Shown piece after piece: positions 32,600 to 46,778 of a stretch of DNA of 64,000 nt. Source of the stretch: the human T2T-CHM13v2.0 reference genome, Homo sapiens. Position numbers and translations under genes: made by a program. Each line of letters begins with the position of its first letter. Position 1 is the first letter of the stretch. Where the stretch lies: the NCBI RefSeq assembly GCF_009914755.1, contig NC_060926.1, one strand, 5' to 3'. The notes beneath the pieces were generated by a model, which saw nothing but the letters and a program-made list of their open reading frames with translations, searched no databases and was not told the DNA's origin.

Positions 32600-33980
32600 G
32601 GATAGATTCTGCAGCATAAGACCAGTCAAGCTATTAAGAGGAAATTCAACAATCTTAGAAAAATAAAACAGAATGCAGAATTATATATTATTTGTGAGAC
32701 GTAAAAAATATATTATCAACCGGCATTTTTCCATTAAAATTCCTGAAAAGAAAGAGAAAATCATAAACCATATTGAGATAAATCAGTCAGTGGAAGCTGA
32801 CTCTTGACTGTTCCTAAATACTGGATTTTGCTAAGAGTTTTAAGTGGTTGTCACATAAATGCTTCAAAGAATATTCAAAACTATGAGCAAGGACTGAAAA
32901 AGGAAAATATAAAGACAATTACTCAAAGAATGAGAACTCTCAACAGAGAAAGGGAAACTATGGGAAAGGAACAAATAGGAATTCTAGATGAAAACTATAA
33001 AAAGCAGTATGGAAAATTCACTAGATAGGGCAACAGGAGTTTAAGTTGGCAGAAGCATCAATGAGCCTGAAGACAATTTAGTAGAAATGATCTAATCTGA
33101 AAAAGAAAGAAAACGACTAAAGAAAAATAATCATGACCTTAGAGGTTTACAAGTCAATGTGAAGAAGACCAGAAATATGCAATGAGTCAGAAACGAGAAG
33201 TCAGAAAAAGTGGCCAAAAAAATTTTGGAGGGATGACAAAAGCTTTCAAGAAGCAATGAAACTCATTCATCTATAGAGAAAAGAAATTGAAAGAACTTAT
33301 TCAGGACAAACACAATGATACACATAACTATACATATTATAATTAAAATGCTGAACCAATGACAAGGAGGAAATCGCAAATGTACAAAAATAAAATGACT
33401 CTCTATATACAGAAATACAGTGATAAAGCCATCAGCTAACTTTTCATCATGACCAAAGGAGGCTAGAAAACAGTGGAATGACATATGTAAATGCTGGGAA
33501 ACAAAAGAAAACAAAACCTAGGATTCAATATCCAGTGAAAGTATGCATTCAAAATAAAAGTAAAGTAAAAACATTTCTTGATAAACAAAAATGAAGAGAA
33601 ATAATTACTTAAAGACATGCTGTATAACAAATTCTCTAGGAAGTTCTTCAGATTCACAAAAAATGACAGCAGACAGTAACTTGAATCTGTAGGGAGGAAG
33701 GAAGGCCTCAAAAGTGCTAAGGGAACAAAAAAAGAGCTAGACCAAACCAACATGTTTACTTCCGTTTATATGAGGTTTCATGTAGGGAAAGCCAATCTAT
33801 TTGGACAGATGTCAGAATGCCAGTTTCCTTGATTGGGATGGGGGGAACAGCTGTTTCCTGAAAGGTAGGTACATGAGGGAAGAATCTGGAGATTCTGCAG
33901 TATTCTACAGTTTAATCTCGGTGGAGAATATATGTAAAACTTTATTCGGTTGCACTTTTTAACATTTCTGTCTTTTACTT
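32600..33980 (+). mobile_element. Ancient L1M remnants (ORF1-like and 3'-end pieces)
   Basis: A-rich coiled-coil-like remnant; ggaggctagaaaacagtggaatgacatatgtaaatgctg...ctaggattcaatatccagtgaaa is typical of L1 ORF1. Confidence 0.6.
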
Positions 33981-34306
33981 TGTGTGTGTTTTATTTAAAT
34001 TTTTAAAAAATTGAAAGGGCCAAATCTGAACTCTTTTAAACAAAAATGAACAAAAACATAAGAATTAGTAAATATTTGTGGAAACATGGCCTTATTAACA
34101 AGAAGTATAAAATGTGCCTGGGAAAGTGCTATGAAACAAGAAATCTGTTAGGGAAGACAGAAGGAAATACTTAAATTTCTCCCACATAGACAGCATAGAT
34201 TATATGCCTACTCATTTCCCTCCAAACAGAGAAGATATTTAAGTCATTTTGCTCACAACAGAGGCTCCTACCCTCCCCTTGGCTCTTTCCACCCCACTAC
34301 ACCCAC

Positions 34307-34320
34307 CAGGTGATTTGCAT
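34307..34320 (+). promoter_or_regulatory. E-box CAGGTG abutting octamer ATTTGCAT, IGKV2D-30 promoter
   Basis: CAGGTGATTTGCAT ~100 nt upstream of ATG 34419. Confidence 0.88.
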
Positions 34321-34418
34321 ATTATCCCTTGGTGAAGACTTTCCTTGTGAGTCTGAGATAAAAGCTCAGCTCTAACCTTGCCTTGACTGATCAGGACTCC
34401 TCAGTTCACCTTCTCACA

Positions 34419-35234
<816 letters not shown>

Positions 35235-36480
35235 TCCCTGTGGGGTGGCCCAGCTGCCCACATGTGGTGCTTGTCTGGGGAGCAGCTCAGCAGGGTCTCA
35301 GAATCTGTGTAAGAGGAAGATGCTGGAGAACCAGGGAACAATTCACAGCTGAGGACTCTGGACTTTGAGAGCCCAGTCACACCTCAGGCACCACTCCTTT
35401 ATGCCCTGCCAGTTGCCACCACCTTGACTGTCATAAGCAGCAGGAGAATGAGGGGTCCAAGTGCCCTGTGAGTAAACAAGCAAGATGGAAGGGAGAGGAG
35501 AATGAAAGCTCACCCTAACTCTCCCTACCTTGTGTCCATTTGTTAATTAAATGTAATCAGCAGAGCAGCCAGGCCATTGACACAGATTGTGACTATCCAT
35601 GTGGGATACATCTTTGGGTTTAGCAGTTTTTGGCATATTGTTCAGAGGACATTTGATAATATTTGATGTTGGTATTTTGCCAGTTTTCTAACTTCCTGCT
35701 TCTCCTTTTCTCCCACTCCCAAAATAGAGTAGAGACAGCATTCTATACCAGTTATCCTAAGCGGAAGCTGGCTGAGGACAGTCAGTAAAAATCTTGATTT
35801 TGGAGTATCAAATAGATTTTTGTAAATTCATAGAAGATACAAGATCCTAATGCTAAAACTGTTTAGTTAGCCTTAGTTACCTCTTAATGATAGAAAAAAG
35901 GAGTACCTGAAATTCCAGAAGTTGTTTTCAAAAATAAAAAGCATATACTGGAAAATGTAGAGTATATAATTTTCCCCATAGAAAACTGGAAAAGTACAGA
36001 ATGATGTGAATGTTTTTATTTCCAAATGTTAAGAATTTAAGATTGGGCAGACATTAGGGATGAAAGCATGAAGGAAACCCAGGAGAGGTCAGCTTCAATT
36101 AAACTACCCTTGGCCTTTGGTAGGTAGGGATGTGGATGGTGGTGGAGTTGGCAGTTCATGATGTGGACCCAGGAGGCCTGATGTGTTTCTTGTGAAGAAT
36201 CACAGAGTTGAAGGCACCACTACCTGGTTTCCTGGGTGGAGCCTGCATCACTGCGAATTTTCTGGGAAAATAATGCTTTGGGAAGGGTTTTAGATCTGTA
36301 ATCACCAAAGGCTTAGTGAAATCCCTGTGCAAGGAGACCTGAGGTCATGTCACTCATATCTTGTCAACCCCACACAGCCAAGCAGAGCATCTGAAACTCA
36401 TTCTGTCCCTAGAGACTGCTGGTTGGGTCTGGAGATGTCACAAGCACTGACATGCTGAGCAGAAGGCCCAGCAGGGTCTA

Positions 36481-36500
36481 CACCAGCAGGGGGCGCAGTG
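36481..36500 (+). promoter_or_regulatory. Consensus CTCF-binding motif (CACCAGCAGGGGGCGCAGTG)
   Basis: Core CCAGCAGGGGGCGC (36483-36496) matches the CTCF consensus with its CpG retained. Confidence 0.75.
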
Positions 36501-37544
36501 GGGATGGAGACCAGTGTCCATGATTCAGACATGTATTCGGGATGCTCTGTGTAGCCTTGGGGATTGGGGGAGCACGCTGAATCTGTGGAAGTTTTATGTC
36601 CTTGTAGCCCAGCACCTCCATCCCTGCCTGCTGACTCAGACCTCAACATGTGTCCCATGGAAAGCACGGGCCACGTATAGAGGCTGCCCTGTGCAACCCC
36701 CAAGGCTCAGCTGGATTCTCCTTTCCCAGGAGAGCTCCTCTGCCTGCACCAAGTCAGAGCTTGTTTCCACAGGCAAACTTGGCGGCTATGGCAGAAGGAC
36801 AAAAAGTCAGGTGAGCATCAGCTCAACAATGAAAGGTTCTTTTTACTATGGCATTTTACATCATTCATTCCTTATTCCTTCCACTACTTTCCAAAGTCAT
36901 TTAATTCTAACTTTGGTATTCTATTATTTTAAATGGTTTGTACCTTTTGCAGTGGTTGTTTTGGCCTTTCCACTTCTATCTACATTGCTGTACCTGGGAA
37001 TGAAGATTCCTTTCATTTTTTTTTTAAACACAAATAAAGTTTTAGAAGTGACTATGTTGGTACTATTTGGTCAAAAAAAGTAAAACATTTTTAAACAATA
37101 AATTAATGTATTATTTTCACTGTACCTCGTCAGTACTTGGACATAAACCTGATTCCCACATTCTAACAATAGTGATATAAAAAATGTATGCTTTCCATAG
37201 AGTCAATTTAAAATAGTTCTCTATGAATATTTGTGAATTAGTAATGAGCCTGTGATTTACGTGCTATAGCGTGGTATGACTAAAGTAAAACAATGTTGCA
37301 ATCAACAGGATAAAGTAATCCAGATTTAGATTAAAGAAATATGTTACATTCGAGATAATTTTCTATTAAAGATAATGTATTCCATGACAAGCATAATTAA
37401 ATCTGTAGTTTTAACCAGACAGACAACATATACAGTAAAAATTTGGTTTATAGCAAGTGGTGTATAAGACAAAATTAATAACAAGTCTCCAGAGTATATT
37501 TTTACACATACCAAAAAGTAAGGACACACATACAATCAAAATTT

Positions 37545-37657
37545 TATTCATTTCTTCATCACAGGCACCAGTTTGGAGCCTGGAGATGCTGCACGTTCTC
37601 CTGTGAGCAGAAAACTCACCAGGACCCTGCACAGCCCGAGGGCCTCAAACGCAGCCT
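37545..37657 (+). pseudogene. V-kappa relic 3' end with decayed RSS (CACAGCC-12-ACGCAGCCT)
   Basis: AGTTTGGAGCCTGGAGATGCTGCA (SLEPGDAA), TCCTGTGAGCAG (SCEQ); paralogous to 51490-51598. Confidence 0.6.
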
Positions 37658-40600
37658 CCCTAGGAGGCTCAGCCTCTCAGTGCAGCACCAGCAACTGCAG
37701 CGCCCAGAGATGGAGTCCACAGCAGATGGGCTCAGGTGAAGATGGCTGGAGAGCCTTTGAAGAGGAGGTCATGAGTCCTCACTTACAGGCATGGGCTCTA
37801 CTTCTGTGCGAACAGGGCCAGGGCCCCCAGGAAGCCTCCCAGAGCCTCTTCCTTCCTCCCAACTTAGGGTGTTCAGGCCCCACAGACTCTCCAGGGAGTG
37901 GCTGCCATGTCCTCTCTGGAGCAACCATGAAGTTCCCTGCTGCCCTCATGGCTTCAGGGATGCTCGTTCACGTCACTGGGAGGGGATCCTTGTGGGTCGT
38001 GACCTCACCTGCTGCCTCTGATGAACTTCGGGGCACTTTTTCCTCCCTTTGCCAAATGACCTCACTCTCACCAACACTCTGAGGATTGAAAGTTGTCTGC
38101 ACTGCATGATTTTTGCTTTTGAGCAAGTCAAAGCTCACAGGAGTCTCACACATGCATAGCCTGTATTAATATTACACACAATTCCTATTTTCACTTTTCC
38201 TATCTTCTTCCAATTTTCTCTGCACACTTACTTACCCTGCCCATCCACTTTCTCCTGTGAAGCTGCTAATGTGGGTTTTTATTTCCAGGCTGACGTGATT
38301 TCCTTGCTGCAATAATAGACATGTGCTCATCACATGCCCACATTTTTAAGAATAAAATATTTTGAGCACAAATTGCTCTTCTCATACTCGTATGTCAGGG
38401 TGGCAGCTCAGGGGATCGGTTTGAAAATTTATTTGCTAAAATGCATGAATATTTCTAGAAATTCGGTGTTATAAATTAAATGTCTTCTTGCATCCCACAA
38501 ATTTTGATGTGTGTTTTCTTTCACTTCAGATTGCTTTGAAATGTCCATCTCTTGGTTTCATCTTTGTCCCAGGCTTTGTTTAGTAGTATGTTACATAGTT
38601 TTAAAATATTGAGATTTTTTTCTGATAGCTTTCTGTCATTGATTCCTAATAAATTTCCCTTGGCTTCTGAAACTTTATTTTATATGATTTAAATCCATTT
38701 AATTTCTTTGAAATAGCTTGTGGCTCAAAGCATGATCTCTCTTAGCTAATGTTTTAAAATGGCTATGGAGTCTGCTGTTGTGGCAGAGTGTTCTCTCAGT
38801 GTCAATCCTACCCACATGGTTGACGGCTTTGGCAAGTCATCTGTATCTGCATGGGCCCAAGAGACACTGTTGCCTACAGTGCAGGCTGGAGCTGCTGCAG
38901 AGCCCTTTTCTGCCCTGGGTCTCCACTAAAGGCTGGGAAGACTTCCATGTCACCTGGATGGTGACATGACCAGTATTCCACGGTGTAGAATCTGTTGCCT
39001 CTAGATTCCAAAAAGGCCGCTGTGAGCTTCCTTCATTTTTTTAAATAAAGACTCTCATGAAACAGAATGGAACGGAATACATATACCTATCATCAGGAAC
39101 TCTGATTCTCTCCAAGTTTATGAAGCACATACTATCATAACCTTATTGATTTGGGTAAACCATTTAATGCCATTTGATGGCAGCTATAGAGCTGAGTACC
39201 CAGAAATATGAGCTGCAGTGCAATACCAGCTGGGAGAGGTCAGCCTCCCAACCATAGCCAGAGTATGACCAGGCAGTCACAAAGAGTTCTCCAGGAATTT
39301 TCTGATAATTTTCCTTGTGTCAGGGCAGTTTCTGGCCTGGCTTTCTAATGAGGAAGGGGTAAAAGTTGACACTGTGATGTCCTGACTTCTAGTGCACCAA
39401 CTCTTACCCAGTCCTGTCAATAACTCAGTAGGCTACACAAGTCAAATTCTCGATAGGTATATTAACCCTGGTCTAAAGTTTTTATTTCTTTTATGGATTT
39501 GCCTATTCCATTAAACATTTTAATATCTTGAATACGGTTGTGCAAATCATGCCTCTCAGTCTCTCTGCAAATATTAATATTGGGGCAAATTTAATAACAG
39601 TTTTCTCATGATGTCATATTTTCTTACCAGTTCTGAATAGGCTGAACTGTATGTAATGACAAATATTATAAGCTAGTTTGAGCTCAAGACAAATTACTTT
39701 TACTGAAATTTAATACCTTAGCATCAACCTGGAAACAAAAGATGTTGCTCAAGTTTAAAAGTCTATTCATGAGTATCATAAACTTGCACATATTTGCTAC
39801 AGTATTCCACAGGATCAATAGGTTTTCTGTTTTAATGTGCTAAATATAGACACTTTTTGTGCAATCAGATTTTCTGGGATAAGCGGATAACAGAGATTCT
39901 CATATTAGGCTTTAAATTCTACCTAGGACTGCTAGGATTTCACAATACAAAAAGTCATTTTCTGGGTTGACGATATTCTTCATTTTCTAGGGTAAGAACA
40001 TTAAATAGGAGTAAGAGCTGGTAAAGTAAGTCTCTAAGACACGGTCATATCTATAGTCCTTTGTTACACTTTATAATTTCATGCCCTGACTGCTTCTAGG
40101 AGGTTAAAATTTATTTTATTTAATTTTATTTTATTACTGATCTTGCATTCTTTTCTTGCTAGGATATATTTTAGAAAAACAAATTTGGAGAAGTACTGAA
40201 ATTTGAGCACAGTTAATGCTTCATAGCACATGTGAACTTTGGGTGATCGTTGACTCCTGGCCAAGAAAGGACCAGTAAAAGTGAAATTTACCACTATGAC
40301 ATGAAGCTGCTGCTTCCATAAGGCAGAGTCACCATTTCCAGGTGTCCATGTAGAGGCTGTGCAGTTATTGTTATTATTACCATTATTGTTGTTATAACAA
40401 GGAATGAACACCAGGTAATTTGTTCAGCCCCTGCCTCTTTCTTATTCTGAACTTTAGATTTTTATGAACAGGAGTTGACAGGAAGAGGCTAAAAGAGAAT
40501 TTCTGTTGATTTTATAAATTAAGTGATTTGATTTTGTCTCTGATTTTTTCCTGAAGGTCTTAACATTTCTGCATTCAAAATTTATATGAGTATTTTGTTG

Positions 40601-41531
40601 ATCTTAAAATTAATATAAAATGAGGAGTAATAAATGTCAAAATTCTCAAATTATAATTTTAATTTTTCTGTAGGTGAACCATGCTCTCTAAATTAAAAAG
40701 TAAGAAACAAATTTATTTGTCTTCTTGGTATATTCATACAAATTTTTACATCACAGGCAGTTTCCACTGCAGTTTAAAAGGCTCAAATTCCCGATTCCGT
40801 CCCCAGAATCTTCTTGGGGTCTCCACCCTCCACCTCTCAATTAAACCAAGCTTTAATATAAAGTCAAAAAGACAACTTTCATGTTCACATGGTGGAAAAA
40901 ATTAATAACCTTCCAGGCAAGTTGTGATTTTCTAGAAACCTACTTTTGAGGAGTGGTTTTATAGAGACCTACTTTCTATAAGGGTGAGAATTTCGAGGGA
41001 ACTTATAAGATGCAGAAGGCCCAGGGAGGCAATGGAATTATTGTTTCGCTTTTTGTATTGATGTTTGGTGAGGTGGGCTCTGCAGAAAGATTAACATGCA
41101 TGAAGGAAAACTCCAGCACTGAATCTCACAGCTCAGTCTGTTGTTTTATAGGACTTTTTTCCATTTTTTTTTAAGCAAAAGGAAAGACAAATAATCCAAA
41201 CGTTTAGAAACAGTTTCAGATTTGGCAGGTTAGAAGAGGGTCTGAAGACTCAGAAACATGTTACATGTTGCCTTCCAGGTCAAACATGTAAACAACTCTG
41301 TTTTCTCCAGTTTTTAGAGAGAGAAATTCTCAGAAGCACAAGATATAGACGTACAAGAAGCCTTCATTCCCTGAGCTCTCTGTGTACCAGAATATTTATC
41401 CATGAATCTATGCCCCAGTGGTGACAATTTTCAGTTAGTGAGATAATGCAGACAGCTTCAATCTCAGGTGTCTGGAGCCAGGAATCTAGTCACAGGACCT
41501 GCAGCGTCAGAGACTGAAGCTCCCTTTGTAG

Positions 41532-41802
<271 letters not shown>

Positions 41803-41976
41803 TTACACAGGGGCAAACTCTCACTTTTAGTCAGGAAAAACCTCCATTGAGGTCCAGGTGGAGAACAGGCCTCTGTATGTCTCAATCTCCTCCAGAACAG
41901 TGTGAGTTTCCCTGTTTGGACAAGTACAGTCGGCAGAAAAAAGTTTACAGAATGTGTGACAGTGTTGTAGAAATGA

Positions 41977-42396
<420 letters not shown>

Positions 42397-43734
42397 GAAA
42401 GAAGATTTTTAGCCATTCAGAGAATGCTTGCTTTTCATATCACAGGAAACCTCACCCACATCTGTTAGCAGTAGGTAAGATAAGCCCCAGGAGATGAAAA
42501 TTGCAAATCACTCCTGCCCTCTGGATATCTCAGACCCAGATTAAGCTGTTGTCTGGCTACCCCTAGACAGAGAATGCCTTTCTCCAGTGTTCCTTTACCT
42601 TAGGATTTCCCTTGTTCTCCACCTTTTCTGAGTAGCAGCCCCAACATCTTTCATTCTAGACAGTCTCCTGCTGTGAGGGACTCCTTTGGGCAAATCTGTC
42701 AAAGCTTCACCCAACAACAGTCATGTGTGCTACTGCCACCCTATGGACATCTCTTTCTGTTTGATCAGAACCTCAATTTTTCAAACTCTCTATAAACAGG
42801 ACCACACTATCCACCCCACAAACACTGACTCCAGCATAATGGACACAATTCCACCTCCGAGGCTGTCTTCTCAAGTCATACAAATAATACACTTGCCTTC
42901 AATTTTATGGACTGCAAACTAACAGCATCTGGCAAGTGAGATGCAATAAACCCCACCCGGATGAGTCCTTCCTCATTCGACTGATCATGGTCCAGATTCG
43001 AGAAATACAGAGGCCGCTCCACAATTGAATCAAATAGAGGCTGTTCTTCTACCTTTTTAACTGTGTCCAGCATGGAGCGACCAGCTTTGTCTGCTGTTGT
43101 GAAGCCTCTGTGTACTCTATTTAAACCTTCAGGAGAGAGGGGTTCCTCTTTAGAATTAAGAATATTATTCTCTAAGTTTAATAATGTAGGGTAATTTCAA
43201 GGCCTTTAGTATAGGGTAATTTCAGAGCCTTTTTATGATTGAAACAATTTTTTACAAGGTTTTACATTTTCAGATATGTAATGACAAGAGATTATGAGAT
43301 AAAACAACCAATCCCAATCGTAAACTTTTTAAAGCTCTGTCATTAATTTTCAAAGGAAACAGCAGTACTCTCTGAAATTCAGCACCTTAAAGAATACTTT
43401 GTAAAACTAAGATTTTGAAGAATTGACTAATAGTAAAAGCAAGCTTGACAGATTTATTACTGTTATTCGTTTTCCCACAATGCAAGTTTCTATATAGGAT
43501 AGTGGGTGGAACTGATTATTCAGTTAACACCTTTTCAGACTAATCCGTTTATACCAGTGATAAGATGTACCTTAATGTTCTCTTTTAGATTGTGTCTTTA
43601 CTTTTATTTTTCTTTTCAGCATCTGATGTTTCTGACTCTTTTAACTATTATGATGAATTAGGAGTTTGACATTTCCAAGGCTAAGAACCATATTTGACCT
43701 GCTCAGCATCACAAGAAAAAAGAAGTCAATGCCA

Positions 43735-44017
43735 GGCACCGTGGCTCACTCCTGTAATCCCAGCACTTTCAGAGGCCAAGGCAGGTGGATCGCTTGAGGC
43801 CAGGAGTTCGAGACAAGCCTGGCCGACATGTGGAAACCTCGTCTCTACTAAAAATACAGAAATTAGTTGGGCATGGTGGAGAATGCCTGTAGTCCCATCT
43901 ACTCCAAAGACATGAGAACTGCTTGAACCCAGGAGGCAGAGGTTGCTGTGAGCAGAGATTGCACCACTACACTCCAGCCTGAGTAACAGACAGAGACTGT
44001 CTCAAGAAAAAAAAAAA
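43735..44017 (+). mobile_element. Alu
   Basis: Dimeric Alu with A tail. Confidence 0.9.
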
Positions 44018-44953
44018 GTGAAACACATAAGATTTACAAAAAGTGATGAAAGAATAGAATAAATAAAAATTTAAATAGTGAAATATGATACATTTATTCT
44101 AATCCTACTTCCACACTACAATTTGATATTCTCAATTTAGGTTACTGCCATGACGTTCAACGTTTTAAGGTCAATATCATTTTTACTCAATTTTTTTCAC
44201 CAACTTTGTTAAAACATCATATGCCAGTGCATTTCCCGGAAGATAATCAGGACAAGCTTTGTGTGCAAAACACCTAGAGCTCTGTTTTGCTTTTCTGGGT
44301 GTGTGTTCTTTACCAAGTAAATCAGATGTTGTATTAAATCACTGAAGATTACATAGCACTAGAAACTATTCTTTTAATTGCTCCCAGGATTTTTGTTGTT
44401 TTTTTCAGGACAGTGGCAGTCTCTGTGAAGTGATTTGATGTACGCACCGTTATTCAGGAGCAGCTAAATTCAATATTAAGCACATCACTGACAAATGAAG
44501 AATACTCAAGTTGTTTTCCTATTGTAACGATGAGTTGTGTGGTAGATTCATATGCCTGACCTGTGATCATCTTTCAATAAAAACCTAGGAAAATGTCGTC
44601 CATAGTACTGCTGACCCTGAGACTTAAAACCAGGGATCCAGTTCTTGCTCTTCCTACATAGAGAATCTCATTTTGAACTGTGGTGTCATGGCTGTGGCTG
44701 TGCCACATACAGGCCAGGGGGAGACACGGGTTCACCCTCAGAGTTGACAAGAATTTGGAAGCCCTGACATCCTATAAAACGTTACTTGCCCAAGATTGAA
44801 ACTTTCAAATTCAGGTCCTTCTTCCTCCTCTATGATGAATTAGGTTTTATTAGTTTCCTCCAAGGGACACTTTATATCACATTGCTCACAGAGAAGACAT
44901 ATCTACCCCCTTCACCCCCCACCCAATGGCTCTTTCCACACCACTGCACCCAC

Positions 44954-44967
44954 CAGGTGATTTGCAT
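44954..44967 (+). promoter_or_regulatory. E-box + octamer (CAGGTGATTTGCAT), IGKV2D-29 promoter
   Basis: ~100 nt upstream of ATG 45067. Confidence 0.88.
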
Positions 44968-45066
44968 ATTGTCCCCTAGGGAGGACCTTCCCTTGTGAGC
45001 CTGAGATAAAAGCTCAGCTCTAACCTTGCCTTGACTGATCAGGACTTCTCAGTTCATCTTCTCACC

Positions 45067-45796
45067 ATGAGGCTCCCTGCTCAGCTCCTGGGGCTGCTAA
45101 TGCTCTGGATACCTGGTAAGGATGGAAGGAGATGAGGGAGGAGGAGGGGGTGGGAAGCTGAGCTCTGGCGGCCCCACTGATTCCCGTGTTTATTCTAACC
45201 ATGTGTTAAAGGAATATGGCCTATGCTCCAGGGAGAGGAATTCATATTTTGCCCTGATGATGATTTGAAAACTCCTAAAAGCAGTGCTCTGAATAATATC
45301 TTGAGAAATGAAAGAACTCTTGTGCCTATTTAATAAAGGGTTCATTTAAAGAGTTTGTTTTTATGATATGAATACAAATTTGTAAAAATAAAAGATTAGC
45401 CATAAATCAATACCATAAGGCAAATCTCAAAAGTTGTTCATTATGCTTTCACATAACCTTGCACTTCTCTCTCATAATTTCAGGATCCAGTGCAGATATT
45501 GTGATGACCCAGACTCCACTCTCTCTGTCCGTCACCCCTGGACAGCCGGCCTCCATCTCCTGCAAGTCTAGTCAGAGCCTCCTGCATAGTGATGGAAAGA
45601 CCTATTTGTATTGGTACCTGCAGAAGCCAGGCCAGCCTCCACAGCTCCTGATCTATGAAGTTTCCAACCGGTTCTCTGGAGTGCCAGATAGGTTCAGTGG
45701 CAGCGGGTCAGGGACAGATTTCACACTGAAAATCAGCCGGGTGGAGGCTGAGGATGTTGGGGTTTATTACTGCATGCAAAGTATACAGCTTCCTCC
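45067..45796 (+). CDS. IGKV2D-29: Ig kappa V gene segment, IGKV2 family (A2) (leader 45067-45115; exon 2 45484-45796)
   Basis: [61 protein letters not shown]...CMQSIQLP; open frame. Confidence 0.96.
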
Positions 45797-45824
45797 CACA
45801 GTGGTACAGACCAATACAGAAACC
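45797..45824 (+). other. 12-RSS of IGKV2D-29 (CACAGTG-12-ACAGAAACC)
   Basis: Heptamer 45797-803, spacer GTACAGACCAAT, nonamer 45816-24. Confidence 0.96.
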
Positions 45825-46483
45825 TCCCTGCTGGGGTGTCCCAGCTGCTCACTTGCACTGCTTGTCTGGGGAGTAGCTCAGCAGGGACTCTGAGTCTGCA
45901 GAAGAGGAGGCTGTTGGAGAACTCAGTGGCAGGGCTTGCTGTTGAGGACTCTGGCCCATGAGAGTCTCAGCAGCACCTCAGTCCCACATGGTCAAAGCTT
46001 TATCAGTTGCCAGGCTCATCCTCACCCTGCCTGTCTTGCCCACGTTTGCCGAGTACACTCAATCAGCATAACAGCCAGAACATAGATGCAGTTTAGTGAC
46101 AACACAGGTGGAATACATGTGGCAAATGACCAGCTTGGGGTTTATTTTACACAAATTAATACTTGGTGATAATATTTGGAATTATTGCGAATTTGGTATT
46201 TTCCCACTTTCCTTACTTTCTATTTCACTTTACTACTCACACTAAACTGCACTTTCCAGTGTCATGTGGGAGAACGTGTTCTATACAAGCTGTCCTCAAG
46301 GGGAGTATGGAAAAGAATAATTAGAAAAAAATGTTTGATTTCTGACTATTCTTAGACTTTGTAAATCCATGGCAGATATAAGATCTTAATGCCAAAAGAT
46401 TTTGATTTGCCTCAATTACGTTTTTCCCAGTGAAGAGGGAGTTCTTGCAACTCCAAAAGTGAGCTTCAGAAATAAGCAGCACT

Positions 46484-46778
46484 GGCCGGGTACAGTGGCT
46501 CACGCCTGTCATCCCAGCACTTTGGGAGGCCGAGGTGGATGGATCACCTGAGGTCAGGAGTTCGAGACCAGCCTGACCAACATGGTGAAACCCGGTCTCT
46601 ACTGAAAATACAAAATTAGCCAGGGTGTGGTGGCACACACCTGTAATCCTGGCTAGTTGGGAGGCCGATGCAGGAAAATCACTTGAACCTGGGAGGTGGA
46701 GGTTGCAGTGAGCTGGAGATAGTGCCACTGCACTCCAGCCTGGGCTACAAGGCGAAACTCTGTCAAAAAAAAAAAAAG
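46484..46778 (+). mobile_element. AluS with target-site duplication (AAGCAGCA)
   Basis: Full Alu; aagcagca on both flanks. Confidence 0.92.
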
